Part shown: piece after piece, positions 44,930 through 58,520 of the stretch
How the letters are laid out: each line of letters starts with the position of its first letter
Position numbering within the stretch: position 1 is the stretch's first letter
From: the human T2T-CHM13v2.0 reference genome, Homo sapiens
Assembly: GCF_009914755.1 (NCBI RefSeq)
Contig: NC_060927.1
Reading direction: 5' to 3' (one strand)
Length of the DNA: 64,000 nucleotides
Position numbers and translations under genes: made by a program
The notes under the pieces: generated by a model
What the model was told of the DNA's origin: nothing
The model's input: the letters and a program-made list of their open reading frames with translations, nothing else
Databases searched by the model: none

Positions 44930-45620
44930 ATGCAAAGCCCATTTAATGGACACCCCCGGAGCTTTTTTTCCCCCAAGCACCGCAATTGATTGCCACGAGA
45001 TTATGATGCCATTAAAATTCACTCTGCCCATAAACTAATGCTGCGGAAAATGCTGACGTTTATAGCAGTTCCTACAAGGGACATATTTCAGTGTGAAAGT
45101 AAGTCCTAATGTAAGAACTTTATCTCAGTAAAGCAACATCTAGGATGGGGGGAAGGAGGAGGAGGAAGAGAGGCTGTCCAGAGTGCTGTGAGTTTTATTT
45201 CTCTCAATAATGGGTGTATAGATGCTAAATTTCGAAGACTTTTTAAAATAAATCTATTGCCCTTTGACAAAATCAATCCAAACCCCATAAACCAAGAAGT
45301 CATCCACTTGATATTAATGAGCCCACATTTGCATTTATTTGTCTCTTACACTAGACAAACCATTAATTTCATGTTTATGTTTCCTTTGAAGTCTGAATGC
45401 TCATAGATAGATGGCCTCATCGAATCTCCTGCTGGTACATTAATATTTCGCTATAAATGATAAATTTTATCATTTTCCACAACACCCCTTTTTACTTTAA
45501 GAAAGCTGTGAAAATACAAGCAATAAGTCTTAAGGTCTGAAAGCACAGCTTTTTTTTTAATACTCTTCAGCAGAGATCATTAAAATAGTGATATCTTTAA
45601 CATCAAGATACCTTTGATGG
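44930..45620. promoter_or_regulatory. Candidate conserved non-coding/enhancer element
   Basis: Non-repetitive; five CpGs in ~110 bp (44955-45060); many TAAT/ATAAA cores, octamer ATTTGCAT 45327-45334, TCF/LEF-type CCTTTGAA 45383 and CCTTTGAT 45611. Conservation not testable here. Confidence 0.4.
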
Positions 45621-46024
45621 CCTCTAGGACTTAGAAACCAACATGATATATATCTCATCAACTCATCAACCTTTCTTGGGTAAAAGATGGTTCATTTGGC
45701 TAGGGCTGGCGTGCAGGTCCACTCTTGACCAAGACTCAGTGCCTAAAGTTTTTACAGAATTTATCTGACAATATTTTCATTTCAAATATGAGCCTAATTT
45801 ATTGGTATTCAAAGGAAAAGTATTTTCAAAAGATCGAGGCAGAAATGTCCACCACCAGCCTTGTGTTCTCACTTGGTAGGGCATAGGAATGGCAAAGTAC
45901 CAAGTAGAGGGTCAAGGAGTTCTAGATTAAATGTGTTAAATATTAATAATATACAATGCATTAAGCCATAAAGATGCTCACAGTTTGGTTCTTCTATTTG
46001 ATGATGATGATGATGATGGCAATT

Positions 46025-46230
46025 GATAAATATTTATTGAGCTCTTTCTGCATGTCAGACACTGAGCTATAGGCTCTGGAACCATCCTCTCAATAATTCT
46101 GGGAAGTAGTTGCAACTGTTATTCCCAGTTTATAGATGAGAGAACTGAAGCTAAAAAGGGTGTAAATAATGTGTCAAAGGTGTAACTGTTATTTAGAATG
46201 GTAGATCCATTTGCCTCTTTGCCACTGTGC
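46025..46230 (-). mobile_element. MIR SINE
   Basis: atttattgagc...ttattcccagtttatagatgagagaactgaagct MIR core. Confidence 0.7.
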
Positions 46231-47277
46231 TGTTACATTCAGATCCACCAAGATCTCCTAAGGATGGTTCTATAAATGCCTGAAACCTTTCATTTAGGTC
46301 TATACCATCCCTTTTAATTCTGCTGTCATAGTAGAGTTAAGAAAGAGACCCTAGAAAGGAATTTCCAGGTGATTAACTTTGGTGACATCACCTGTAGTCA
46401 GCCTGAATCAGGAGCATGGAAGGACTGGAGCATCTCTCAACCTTTGGTCTGGAGCATCTTATGGGCACATTCTCTCCCTTCTCCTGTCCTTCAAGCAGCC
46501 TCTTTTCCATTACTGGCAGCTCCACAAGTCCAGTCTCACCCACAGACTGTCACTCAGCTTTCTCAGATGTGTTCTGTTTCTCTTCCTCAACCCCATCACC
46601 TAAGTGTACTTACCCTTTGCTTATATGTATAAAGTTTTTACTATATTTCATATTTTGCTTTGATGTTTCATTAAAATTAATGTGTAGCTTTTTTATATAT
46701 CTTATAAATATGCATTCACACCCTTTTTTTAGATTAATATTACACATTTCTTTTGAGGGAGGATGGGCAGGAATTCTATCCTTGACCAGAATCCCCATGT
46801 TCAAACTGATTCCATAAAAGAGACTATTTGCATTAGCTAAAAAGTCATCATAATAAAACATTTATAAATTATTATGATGCCAGGTATTTATATATTTTAT
46901 TTAGCTTTTTTTTTTAACTTCTGAGCCAAATCTGTGATTCAGGACTGTAGTGAAATGTTTAACATGCAAATGTAAGCTTTGTTATTAAAATAATGGATTG
47001 ACCAGAAATTAGAAGGTAGCTTATTAGTAAAGTGACCAAGAAATCCTTCTCTGTTTGGAAAAAGTGGTCGCAGGAATAAGTAGCTCAGTTACTGGTGGAC
47101 TAGAATTACCCCTCCTGCATCATCCACGAGCAAGGAAATAAAAGAAAGCAGCCAACCTTCCTGGCCACAGAAAAGGCTACAAGAGCGAACTATGTTGTCT
47201 TTTTGTAACTAACTGGTGATTTGGGGTGAAGGAAAATCATCAACAGCAAGAAGGAACATTAAGAAGACTTGTTTAGG

Positions 47278-47921
47278 CATCAAGTACACATGGACACAAC
47301 AAAGAGAACAATAGACACCATGGCCTACCTGATGGTGCAGAGTAGGAGAAGGGTAAGGACTGAAAAACTATCTATTGGGTGTTATGCAGATTACCTGGAT
47401 GAGAGTTATCTGTACACCAACCCTCCACAACATGCAATCGGCCCATGTAACAAACCTGCACATGTACCCCTTGAACTTAAATAAAAGTTGGAAAGTAAAA
47501 AAAGAAAAATTATCCAATAATTTTAGAAATGAATGGATTACAAAATACTTACAAATATTAGTTAAATAAAATTTCAAAACAAAGAAACAAGAATGAAAGT
47601 AAAATATTTCAAGAGGAGAAAGTAAAACAAAATCACTTAAGAGAAGAGACCACACTGGGAGATAAAATAAAGGAAAACAGATACTGCTAAAAGAAGTCAC
47701 TCATATATGTCAATGGCAGGCTTTTAAAGTGAATACAAGGAAGAGGAATAAGTTTTTTAAAAATTAAAAGGATTACAGAGAAATTGAAAGCTATAGAAGA
47801 CTCAAAACCCAAATCCATAAAAATCTATATTACTCATAAATACAACAAAGGAAATTATATAAAACATAATTGTATGATTTAATTCACTAAAGAAATATTA
47901 AAACATATGAAAATGAAAAAA
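47278..47921 (+). mobile_element. Short L1PA15/16-like 3' end (47278-~47508) with ~400-bp 3' transduction
   Basis: L1 3'UTR ...aacaaacctgcacatgtaccccttgaacttaaataaaagttgg; 14-bp TSD aagacttgtttagg at 47264-47277 recurs only at 47922-47935, after ATTAAA (47897) and an A-run. Confidence 0.82.
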
Positions 47922-47969
47922 AAGACTTGTTTAGGGGCTTTTGATGCCTATCTGATCTGCATTCACAGC

Positions 47970-48205
47970 ACTTAACATGTGTCGAAGCTTACTTACTAGG
48001 TTGCAGGCACCCTTTTAAGTGCTTCACATTTGATTCCACAACTACCCCTTACACTATCATTATCCCCATTTCAAAGATAGGAAATGTAAAACCCTGGATG
48101 TAAAGCCCTGATGATAGCTAATTTGCCTAAGGTCACATAGCTACTGGAGAGAGAACTGGGATTCAAATCCAGGAGCCCGCTCTTCACTCCAACACTATAT
48201 TGCTT
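47970..48205 (-). mobile_element. MIR SINE
   Basis: attatccccatttcaaagataggaaa...atttgcctaaggtcacatagcta...ctgggattcaaatccagg. Confidence 0.75.
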
Positions 48206-48499
48206 ACTTAATGGTTACAGATTAAGCCCAGAAAGGAAGCCTGTCTCAATACACTAGATATAGTTACTGTGATTATATATTTTAACAAATGGTCCTTTTA
48301 TTAAAAAAAAAAAAGATATCTAAAGAGAAAACCATAATAATCTCTCAGGTAATTATGGCCACAGCCAAAACCAGTCTTTCTAAACCTAAAGACTCTCATA
48401 AAGGCCCTATCACATAACTTCTCCACTTCCCAGTAAAGCATTGAGGAGGAAACAACAGGCTTTTGAGTGCTGGACATTCTATCTTATACTTGAGAATTA

Positions 48500-48548
48500 T
48501 ACCCAAAATAACCTAGGACTCTGTATGGGTCCTAGGTTATTTTGGGTA
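48500..48548. repeat. Perfect 20-bp inverted repeat with 9-nt spacer
   Basis: tacccaaaataacctaggac (48500-48519) / gtcctaggttattttgggta (48529-48548). Confidence 0.95.
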
Positions 48549-50934
48549 CAACTAGTTGGAGCAACTAAATTTTTTTAAATTGTTTTGTGATTTTCCTTCT
48601 GAGAAAGCAGCTACACTAAGACAAATTAGCTTGTCTGTGATCAGAATTAATCAGATTGGATCTAGAGTTCTTATTAATATAAGTCTAAGGCTTTGGCAAA
48701 TCTCCTCAGGGACAATAAGGAGGATAGGGAACTCTGGTACTGACTAAACAGTCTTTACTTTAATTCCTCTTTTCGTTATGTCTTCATGTTTCTTCACTTT
48801 AGGGAAAAACTTATGCCATCTTTAATTTCCTTTAAGGAGAACCCTCAAGAAGATGACAGTACACCATGGGGCTGGAGAAGTTAAAAAATGTCCCTTAGAG
48901 AAGGCAGGATATGAACTAGGGCTTGAAAGAAGGGTGGAATAACCAGTGGCCTTATTTTTCCATTGAACTGACCCACTAATTGACTGTAACTATGCTACAT
49001 GAAACTACCGCATCAAAATCCGGAAGATTTTGATCAAAATGTTAGTTAGACTAGTTCTCAAGGTCTTGTTGCAATGCTTGGCTCCAAATAGTGTTTTCTT
49101 GATGCTGGTTAGGTGACCATAGATCGTTTTGTCTGGTAAACTAAAAACTACCCTAACCAAGCCAACTTCCAGAAAAACACTAATTCAAAACATAACAGGG
49201 GGCTTTGTACTGCTGCCTGATTGAAAACAAACTAAAAGAAAACAAATTATGAGAGTAAACATTTTTAAATAAGCAATACAATTTGAAAAAATAAATGTAA
49301 ATAAGCCTAATGGCATTGGCATTTCCACAAGTACTGATCCTAACACAAAGTCAATTTGTCTCCATAGCAGGGGAGTATCTCCAGAAGGAGACAGTAAGGA
49401 TTTCTGGGCTTAGGTTCTCAACTGTAGAGGAGCAACTCCCTCGGCGGGGCCCTGCCCTGAGCCATTAACCACTCATTAGTGTGGATCCAGAAGCCCAGGC
49501 CCTTATTGCTCCTCACTCCTCGTGGGTTCCAGGCCTCAGATGGCCACCTGCCCTATGGTTTCCCTTACCTCATTAATAATATCATTAAAGAGATGCAACA
49601 ATTGAGAGCGTCTTTAATTTTTTTTACCTCCATCCACTCTCTTCTTTTCCCACCAACCATTTCAGGTTCTCCATTGGATTTCCTGATTCTGGAAGCAAGG
49701 CTGAAATTCACTGTAGTCTATTCACTTTGGACAGAGAAATAAAGAAAAGAACAGGAAAACAAAATTTATTTTTTTTAAAAAAAGAAATGTTAACACACAA
49801 GGCTCAGTGGATACACAGCAAACAAAGTTCTTTTTGTCCTGTAACAATCACCTCGAGAAGTAGGTGCCATTGTGTTGGGCAAGGTTGCAGCACAGGGCCC
49901 ACTGTGTGGGATGTGAGTGAGTGTGTCAGCGCCTCTGCTGCCAGAGCCTGTTCTGTCCTCAGAATGGCGCCCATTGTGCCCATGTTCCTAGAAGCACTCC
50001 AGCTCACCAATGGAAAACACTCGCTCCCACCTTCCCCCAACCTCTGCTTTGCCATCCAAATCTACTGTTTTGGATATAATGCAGACCTCCAGCATTCGGG
50101 GTCCTTCTGCCCTGTACTTCTGAAACAAAAGCTATTATACTGCACCATGAAAGCATGGACACAGAGAAATAAAGCAGCCCAGAAGACTAGCCTAAGAGGG
50201 GGAGTGTGAGCTCCATTTAAAGTTAAAAACCCAAGGAAAACAAAACACTTCCAATTAAAAATGGGTTTTCATGCCTTTGTGTATACACATATGTGTATTC
50301 ATCAGAACATTTCATCCAAATGCTCATGACAAAAGCGAGTGACCTGTCCTTGCTTTCAGAAACCAAGAGAGGTGTAGCAGGAGAAGAGGAGCAGAAAAGA
50401 AGGAATTCTAACCTTGCTAAATAAAGCTTATTCTAATTAATGGGCTCCAACACAGAGCTGGGAAGGAGGAAGGGTGTCTTCTTACTAAGAAATGGCAGAT
50501 AAGAAATACAATGTGTTTCATGCATCCACAGAAATGAAGGATGCAACCAGAACATTTGTTTACAGGGTCCACCCTTTTAGGAGAGAAGCAGCAGAAAGCA
50601 GGTGGAGTTTTGCTTTCATTGTGGGAAATTCAGTGCTCATCAAAAATGCTGAAGTCACTACCCGCGGCCAAGTGGCTGATGTGTTGGATTTGTCATCTAA
50701 CTTTCTGAGAAGCTCAAGGAGTTTAGAAAACTTAGGTGTCAGGGAAAAAATGCTGAGCATAATCTTCAGGTTTTACAGTGACCCTGAGAAATTATGTGAG
50801 ACTTACTCCGGCTTTGGGCATCACACATTCCACACACATGTCCCAGGTAGGTCAGATACGATATTTTCTTAAAGCTGTCCAGAGCGGAACATCTCATGAC
50901 TTCCCCCAGTCACCCATTCTTGTACCAAATTCAC

Positions 50935-51250
50935 CTCTATTGCTTTGCCCATGCTGTTCCCTCTGCCCAGAATCCCTTCCTTCCTCTCTTCATCTAACTC
51001 TTACTCAATTCTTCTCAACTTGGTTTTGACCAACACCATGCCCTCCAACTCCAAGACTGGATGAGGTGCACCTTCTCCCTTAGGCCTCTACCTTAGTCCT
51101 ATCCGATGATTTATCAGGTTATAGAGAAAGTATTTCCTACTCCACTGGGAGCTTTCTGCCTCATTGCACCTCACAGCACTAATGACATATACCATATCTG
51201 ACAAAATGCCTATGCTAGGTAAACATTTGACAAGTGAACAACTAATGACT
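50935..51250. mobile_element. L2 3' remnant
   Basis: ctttgcccatgctgttccctctgcccagaatcccttcc...aaacatttgacaagtgaacaact. Confidence 0.55.
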
Positions 51251-52527
51251 GGAAATTCTTTCTTATTCCAGTTCTAAGTCTCTTTATGCTACCACTTAAG
51301 GTCAAGATCATCAATTCAATCTCTCTTCTTCCTCAGGACCAGAGTGTCCCCTTCCATAGGCTGAAGAATGAAGCAGACTCTGAGGGTTGTTCTTTAGTGG
51401 CCACAAGCTAGGCTTGTCTGCTGGAAGCAGGGTGCAAATGGAAGGTCTATGAGGACACCCAGGTCCAGGGACAGATCTGCTTTCTAATCACAAGAGCAAA
51501 GCCAGAGGTCACCCATCCTGCTGCAAGCAGAGGGCACTTAAATCCAGAAATAATTGAAATAGGGTCAGCTCAAAGGAGTGAGCACTGTAAACTGAGGCCA
51601 AGCCAGAGTTCAGAACTTGAGTGCCAGTCTAACTGGGATGAGGACCAAACTTTAGCAGGCAGTAGGTGAACAGCAAGAAGCATCAAGGAGATTACAGACC
51701 TAGGCATGGCAAATGGTATTTTTTTCAAGCACAAGAAATCCAACCCCTTGGACACAGGATAACATAAGGCTGGATTTAGAGCTGGGGGTTAAGTGTGAAT
51801 ATTCAAAAACATTAGAGAAGTGTGAGACAGGCTGCGCCATATATCATAATCTCACTTAGTCCTGTGCTTTCCAAGACAGTCACACACATTCAGGCCTTTG
51901 GGGGTTTGAGATACCCAAATATATCCTCTTCCTGAGCACGGAGCACACACAGGACACTACTTGAAAGGGAAGAAGTACTGATTTTACTAATCAGTACCCA
52001 TAATCTCCCAACACAGGGCTTTCTGGCCAAAACTGGAGTGGGGAACATAGCTTGTGGCATGAGACCAAGGTGACATTTCCCACTTTCAACCAAAGACCCG
52101 GACCTTGGGACCCATAGTCCCAGATATTCCTGTAGTGATATCTAAGAGCCCAGAACAAGTTGTAATTTCATTTCCCAGGAAACTGTATGGATTCTTCTAG
52201 CCAGCCTCTAGCTTGACACCACAGGAGAAGGACAAAGTGAGTCAGTTGCACTTGGGCAGTTAGGAAGAAACAGCAGGCCTTGTTCTGCTATTGAAATACA
52301 GTCATTCTACCCCCCAGTAAAATGTGGCTTATTAAATATCAGTCCCCCATGAGGCAGTTGAAGCAGATAAGGGAGTACAACACGCCTTTGGCCAAGGCAG
52401 GAATAGAGAAGCTATTGTTTCATGTTCCAGGTTTAAGAACAAAGAATTACATAGACCTATATGTTTCCTCTAGCTTCATGATATAAGTATTTACATCCCA
52501 TACAGTCAAGCCATTAAGCCAGCACCA

Positions 52528-52636
52528 GAATCATAAATGAAGCATCAACACCAAGATAAGGTATCTTAAATACCTTATTACCTTAAATACCTTATTCCAA
52601 GATAAGGAATCATAAATGAAGCATCAACACCAAGAT
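52528..52636. repeat. 30-bp direct repeat flanking a 49-bp locally templated filler
   Basis: gaatcataaatgaagcatcaacaccaagat at 52528-52557 and 52607-52636. Confidence 0.93.
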
Positions 52637-52964
52637 TTTACGCATGGAAGGTGATAACACACAAAAATATGTGTGAGACATATGGAAAGATTTGGTTCTT
52701 TCCAAATCAACCTAGAAGGCTTGGACATGGAGATAGTGTGTTTAGAAGCTTTTAAAAGAACAATGTCAAAGCATGTCCACTTTGGAGAAGAGTTGAGTTG
52801 GAGCACTTCCACCACAGAGGTGCCTAAGAAGTGACAACTCAACGAAACAAGCAATTTTGTATCAAAACTACTTTGGCAGCCACAGCAGATTGTCTTCAGA
52901 ATTACCAGATTGTCTTCAAGCATTAAAATTTTTTAATGTAAGTAGAACCTGAAGACAATTCTAT

Positions 52965-53300
52965 CTTTCTACAAATTCCAGAAATAACTCATCTTCCTCC
53001 CAAACTGTTCTTCATCTTGAGTTTCCTAATGGTACCACCATTCACCAGTCACTCAAGTCAGAAATCTGGGAGATTACTCTTGCTCTCTCAACCTTCATAT
53101 CCAACCCACAATCTACATCCTGTAGATTTCATCTTCTAAACACGTTGTCCATTTATTCTCTCCCCTCCATCTCCATTGGCAATGTGTGATCCCAGAGCCT
53201 CATCTCTCTCTTGCCTCTCCCTGCCACAGGTATTGTCCCTCACACTTACTCCCGATCCCTTCTTCACGCTCCATCTTAAGTGAACTTTCTTGAATGCAAG
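52965..53300. mobile_element. L2 remnant
   Basis: aactcatcttcctcccaaactg...atggtaccaccattcaccagtcactcaagtcagaaatctggga. Confidence 0.65.
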
Positions 53301-54354
53301 CCAGAGTCATTCCCTTGCTCATGTTTGGGTTGTTTGAGGGTTTTTGTTTGTTTGTTTTTGTTTTTTGGGGGGTTTTTTTGTTTGTTTTTTTGCTTGTTTG
53401 TTTGCTTTGTTTTCCCACAGCTTTCACCTTTCCTTCTGGTTTTAATGAGAAGTCCATATCAGAATCAATTAAGGAGCTTTTACAGACCTACTGAATAAAA
53501 GTTTCCAAGGGCTATAGGAGATAGTTTTTAATGGGGAAATGGATAGTTTACTATGGGGAGCAGACTGACGGCACATAGAAGAGTTGCTAAGCAGCCTGAG
53601 ATGGAAGACTGTGCATTTTTAGTCTTATCTGCAGAGTTATAAAAACTCCTCCAACAGGGATCACCATTCTGTTGCTGGAGTTGAAATGGTAACAGATTAC
53701 ATGAATCTGCATACCATCATCAAACTAATCTCTAAATCATAGCACCAACTGTGCCACTTAATGATTCACTCGCTGTCCACCCAATTCAGCACCTTACACA
53801 GTATAACCTCAACCTGCTTTTCCATCTTTATCTCCTACACCAAATCCTCCAAACAATTAAATTCTTCCCTGCGTCCTGTAAAGTCCCTGATTCACACCTT
53901 TGCTCACAGTCTTCCAGCCTTCCAGCCATCTGAAGTTCCCCCCAACCCCCAGTCACATCACACCTGAAGTCCCTGGTGGGTGGCAGTGAAAGGGGGCTGC
54001 CCAATTAAAAAAAATAGGTCTCCCCTCTGTTTTCCTTCTTGCCAAGCTGTACAAGGACTTTAGTAAAATGTTGTTTGTGATTATATTATGCTTTGGGAGA
54101 TAAAGAGGCCCATTGTGTGGGCTAATTATCGTGAACAAACATAGGAGCAAATGTAGCACGCTTTCACTGGGCATCAAGTACTTACATGAGAATACTTTCA
54201 GTGTCTTACCAAACTTACTAAGGAATATAAAGAAGTGGAGCCAATAAAATTTAGACTCCTGCTTCTCCTAGGTAGGCCTTAGGTACAAATCAGCCAATGA
54301 GAAATAGTCACCAGCTTCTGGAATAACTACCCTAAGGAGAAAAACACTGTAAAG

Positions 54355-54809
<455 letters not shown>

Positions 54810-54850
54810 AAAAGAAAGAAAAGAAAAAGAAAAGAAGAAAGAGAAAGAAA

Positions 54851-54908
<58 letters not shown>

Positions 54909-55015
54909 AAAAGGAGGGAGGGAGGGAAGGAAGGAAGAAAGAAAAGGAAGAAAAGAAAGAAGGACGGAAGGAAAGAAAAGAAAGAAAGAGAAGGAAGGAA
55001 GGAAGGAAGGAAGGA

Positions 55016-55067
<52 letters not shown>

Positions 55068-55224
55068 AAAAAGAAAGGAAGGAAGGAAGAAAGGAAGGAA
55101 AAGAGAAAGAAAGAGACAGAAAGCAGGAAGGGAGAAAGGAAAGAAAAGAAAGAGAGAAAGAAAGAGGAGGGAGGGAGAGAGGGAGGGCGGAAGGAAGGAA
55201 AAGAGAGAAAGGAAAGAAGGAAAG
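54810..55224. repeat. ~415-bp polypurine compound microsatellite (GAAA)n/(GGAA)n grown from Alu tail
   Basis: Nearly pure A/G strand with only a handful of C interruptions. Confidence 0.97.
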
Positions 55225-56144
55225 CCTTGGTCCTGTAGTATCCTTTCATACTGCATCCTGCTAATCAGAAGATGTGCTAAAGTCTCTGAAGAGGCAGAGT
55301 CCAGCAGCTGTCTGAAGGGTCATCACCATCATGTCTGTCAATAGTTGCATTCATCCTGGACAAGACCCAGGAAGATTAGAGATGGTGCAGCTAAGCATCT
55401 TTGCCACTTTCTTTATTTGCTGCTCTAACAAAGAGGACTTATTTTGGTTTGGTTGGTTTAAAGTTTCTGATGTTAAGAGTGATTGATTAGACTGGGCCAT
55501 GTAGGTGAGTTAAGGAGGATTAGGGTAACAGATTTCCTCAGCCCTTAACTCTTCTAGATAACCCCAGCAAATAGCTTCATTGACCCTACCTTCTCCTTCT
55601 TCCAGGGAGCTTAGCACTTGGACTACAGTATATAAGAGCTACAAACATGCTAATTCAGTCCCCTCGAATCTGCCTTTCCACACACAGTCTGGATGCTTCT
55701 TAGGATGAGACATATTTGAAAGCACATTTGAAGAATAATGTTTTCCAGTTAGGATATAGAATGACATCTGCACATCACACCTAACTGCCCAGAGTTATGG
55801 AGGCTTAACCAGTCCACAGCCATCTGCTCTGCCTTTCACTATACAAGGGGCAACTGAAGTAGAGGAATATGGGCAACAGGGAGAGACAGGAGCCAGTGCA
55901 AGCAGTCGGAAAAAGTAGTGTGTTCCTACAGTGACAGAGGAAAGCAGTGACAGAGGAAAGCACCTGAACAGAGGAGGACAGGGAAGGCTTCTCCAAGAAG
56001 CAGGTGCCTCAGCTGAGCTCTGACGGAGAGACTGGGTCTCCTGGGGACATGCCTTCAGCCCAGATATGGGCAAGATATGGCTGGGTGTACTTTTTTTAAA
56101 GTATCTTCATGTCTTCCAGAGTGAATTCCTGCTGCCAACAATAA

Positions 56145-56487
<343 letters not shown>

Positions 56488-57377
56488 AACAATAAATTAT
56501 TTAATTAGGACACATGAAGATTCTATGACCTAGAACTGGGACAGACGAGTGGCTCTATATCTTAATAAAGTGATATTATCTTATGCTACAATTAGCTCTA
56601 CTCACTATTGGAATGTCCGTCTAAATACTATTCTTATCACATTAATTTCCTGCTCAAGAATTTATCAGGCTTTTTAACGTCCTTTGAAACTAACCTAACC
56701 CAACCCAACTTTCAATGCCATCTCCATGTGTAATGCCCAAAATATCTCCCAGTCTTATCCTTTGGCTTCAGCCAAACCTGTTGCCTGATCAGCTTTGGTA
56801 CAAAAATTCTTATTTCCTCCTATTTACCCTTGATTGGTCTGTTCCCATTATTTGGACAGGAAAGGAGGATGGAGGTGGGAGTACAAAGGGAGTGGGGAGG
56901 GAGAAGGAGGAAAAGATAATAGAGAGGGAGGGAATATTAAGAAATAAAGAGAAAGGGAATAAGATGTTTGCACTGAGCTACCTGATTCCATCCAACTCCC
57001 CAGCATGTATTTTGTGCTCTTCCTCCACGCAGCCCTTTTCAAGGAGGCAAATCAATTGTTTGAAAAACTTTCAGTAAGTACTGAGTGTTTACCTTCAAGG
57101 TATTATTCTGCTTTGTGATTTCTAAAGTCATCTCTACCCTGCAGAAAATGATATAAAAAGAAGACAAGTTAATTTTTAGCCACAGATGCAGAGAACAAGA
57201 CAAGTCTTCTTATGGAGTCCTGGTCCTCTACACAATTTTGAGTTCTTTGTGCATCAATGTTTCATTTTGCTCATCCTTAGTCCTCAGAGAAACTACACAT
57301 GTTAATAAGTTATAAACTGAAGCAGAGATGCAGGACACTGGGTTTCAGCAAAGTTCTCACCCACGCAGTCATTTCTT

Positions 57378-57667
<290 letters not shown>

Positions 57668-57962
57668 CTCTTTTTTTTTTTAAAGACAAGGTCTTCCTCT
57701 GTCACCCAGACTACAGTGCAATATGTGATCATAGCTCACTGAAGCCTTGAACTCCTGGGCTTAAGTTATCCTCCTGCTTCAGCCTCCTAAGTAGCTCGGA
57801 CTGTAAGCATGCACCACCATGCCTGGCAAATTTTCTTATTTTTACAGAGATAGGGTCTTACTATGTTGCCCAGGCTCCTCTCAAACTCCTGGGCTCAAGC
57901 AATCCTCCTGCCTTGGCCTCCCAAAGTGCTGAGATTACAAGCATGAGCCACTTTGCCTGGCC
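57668..57962 (-). mobile_element. AluJ
   Basis: J-type motifs; TSD cagtcatttctt at 57366-57377 and 57963-57974 brackets both Alus. Confidence 0.88.
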
Positions 57963-58139
57963 CAGTCATTTCTTAAATAAGTGCAAAACATTGGCCCTAT
58001 ATCGATAGCCATTCTTCTTTCCTTCTTAGATTTGGCATCCCCCCAAAATCCTGCCCCTGAAGCCTCCTCACATGTGTACATCTAATGACAAAGCACCAAA
58101 TGAACCCATAAATAATTCAATCTAAAGCCAAAGACAATT

Positions 58140-58520
58140 CTGAATGATTTGCCTCAACAGAATTAACTGAATTTGTCAAATGCTCTGATGTTCTATAAGC
58201 ATAATTGCACTTCATAATTTGTTGCCACACAGTCACTAGGAGACAGAAGTGCTGAATTAATTGTACCATTTTGTGACCTCTTGACTTTTTACATTAAGAC
58301 CAAGTTTATTTCTCAACATGGGAAGATTCATTTATTTGTATAGAATAATTTCAATAATAAACCCAGAGCATAAGTGAGCGGTGTGCACAAACAGCCGCTG
58401 TCAAATGGCTTTGTGATCACACCATAGTTCAGCTTAAAGGCAATTTGTGTCAAATGCATTAATGGAGGATGTGATGAGTGTTTGATTTGTTTTGGCTTTG
58501 TGGCCAAATAGCATCATTTC
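58140..58520. promoter_or_regulatory. Candidate conserved enhancer
   Basis: Unique DNA with three TGTCAAATG copies (58174, 58399, 58448) and multiple TAATT/ATTAAT homeodomain cores. Confidence 0.42.

Noticed and set aside
44506-44946. 146-aa ATG-initiated ORF
   Set aside because: No recognisable domain, promoter or splice context; length compatible with chance.
49727-50872. 160-aa and 126-aa ORFs and a minus-strand GTAAGT at 50801-50806
   Set aside because: No protein similarity recognised and no coherent exon chain.
52528-52636. CRISPR-like repeat-spacer-repeat
   Set aside because: Only two repeats, spacer is self-templated, primate context, no cas genes.
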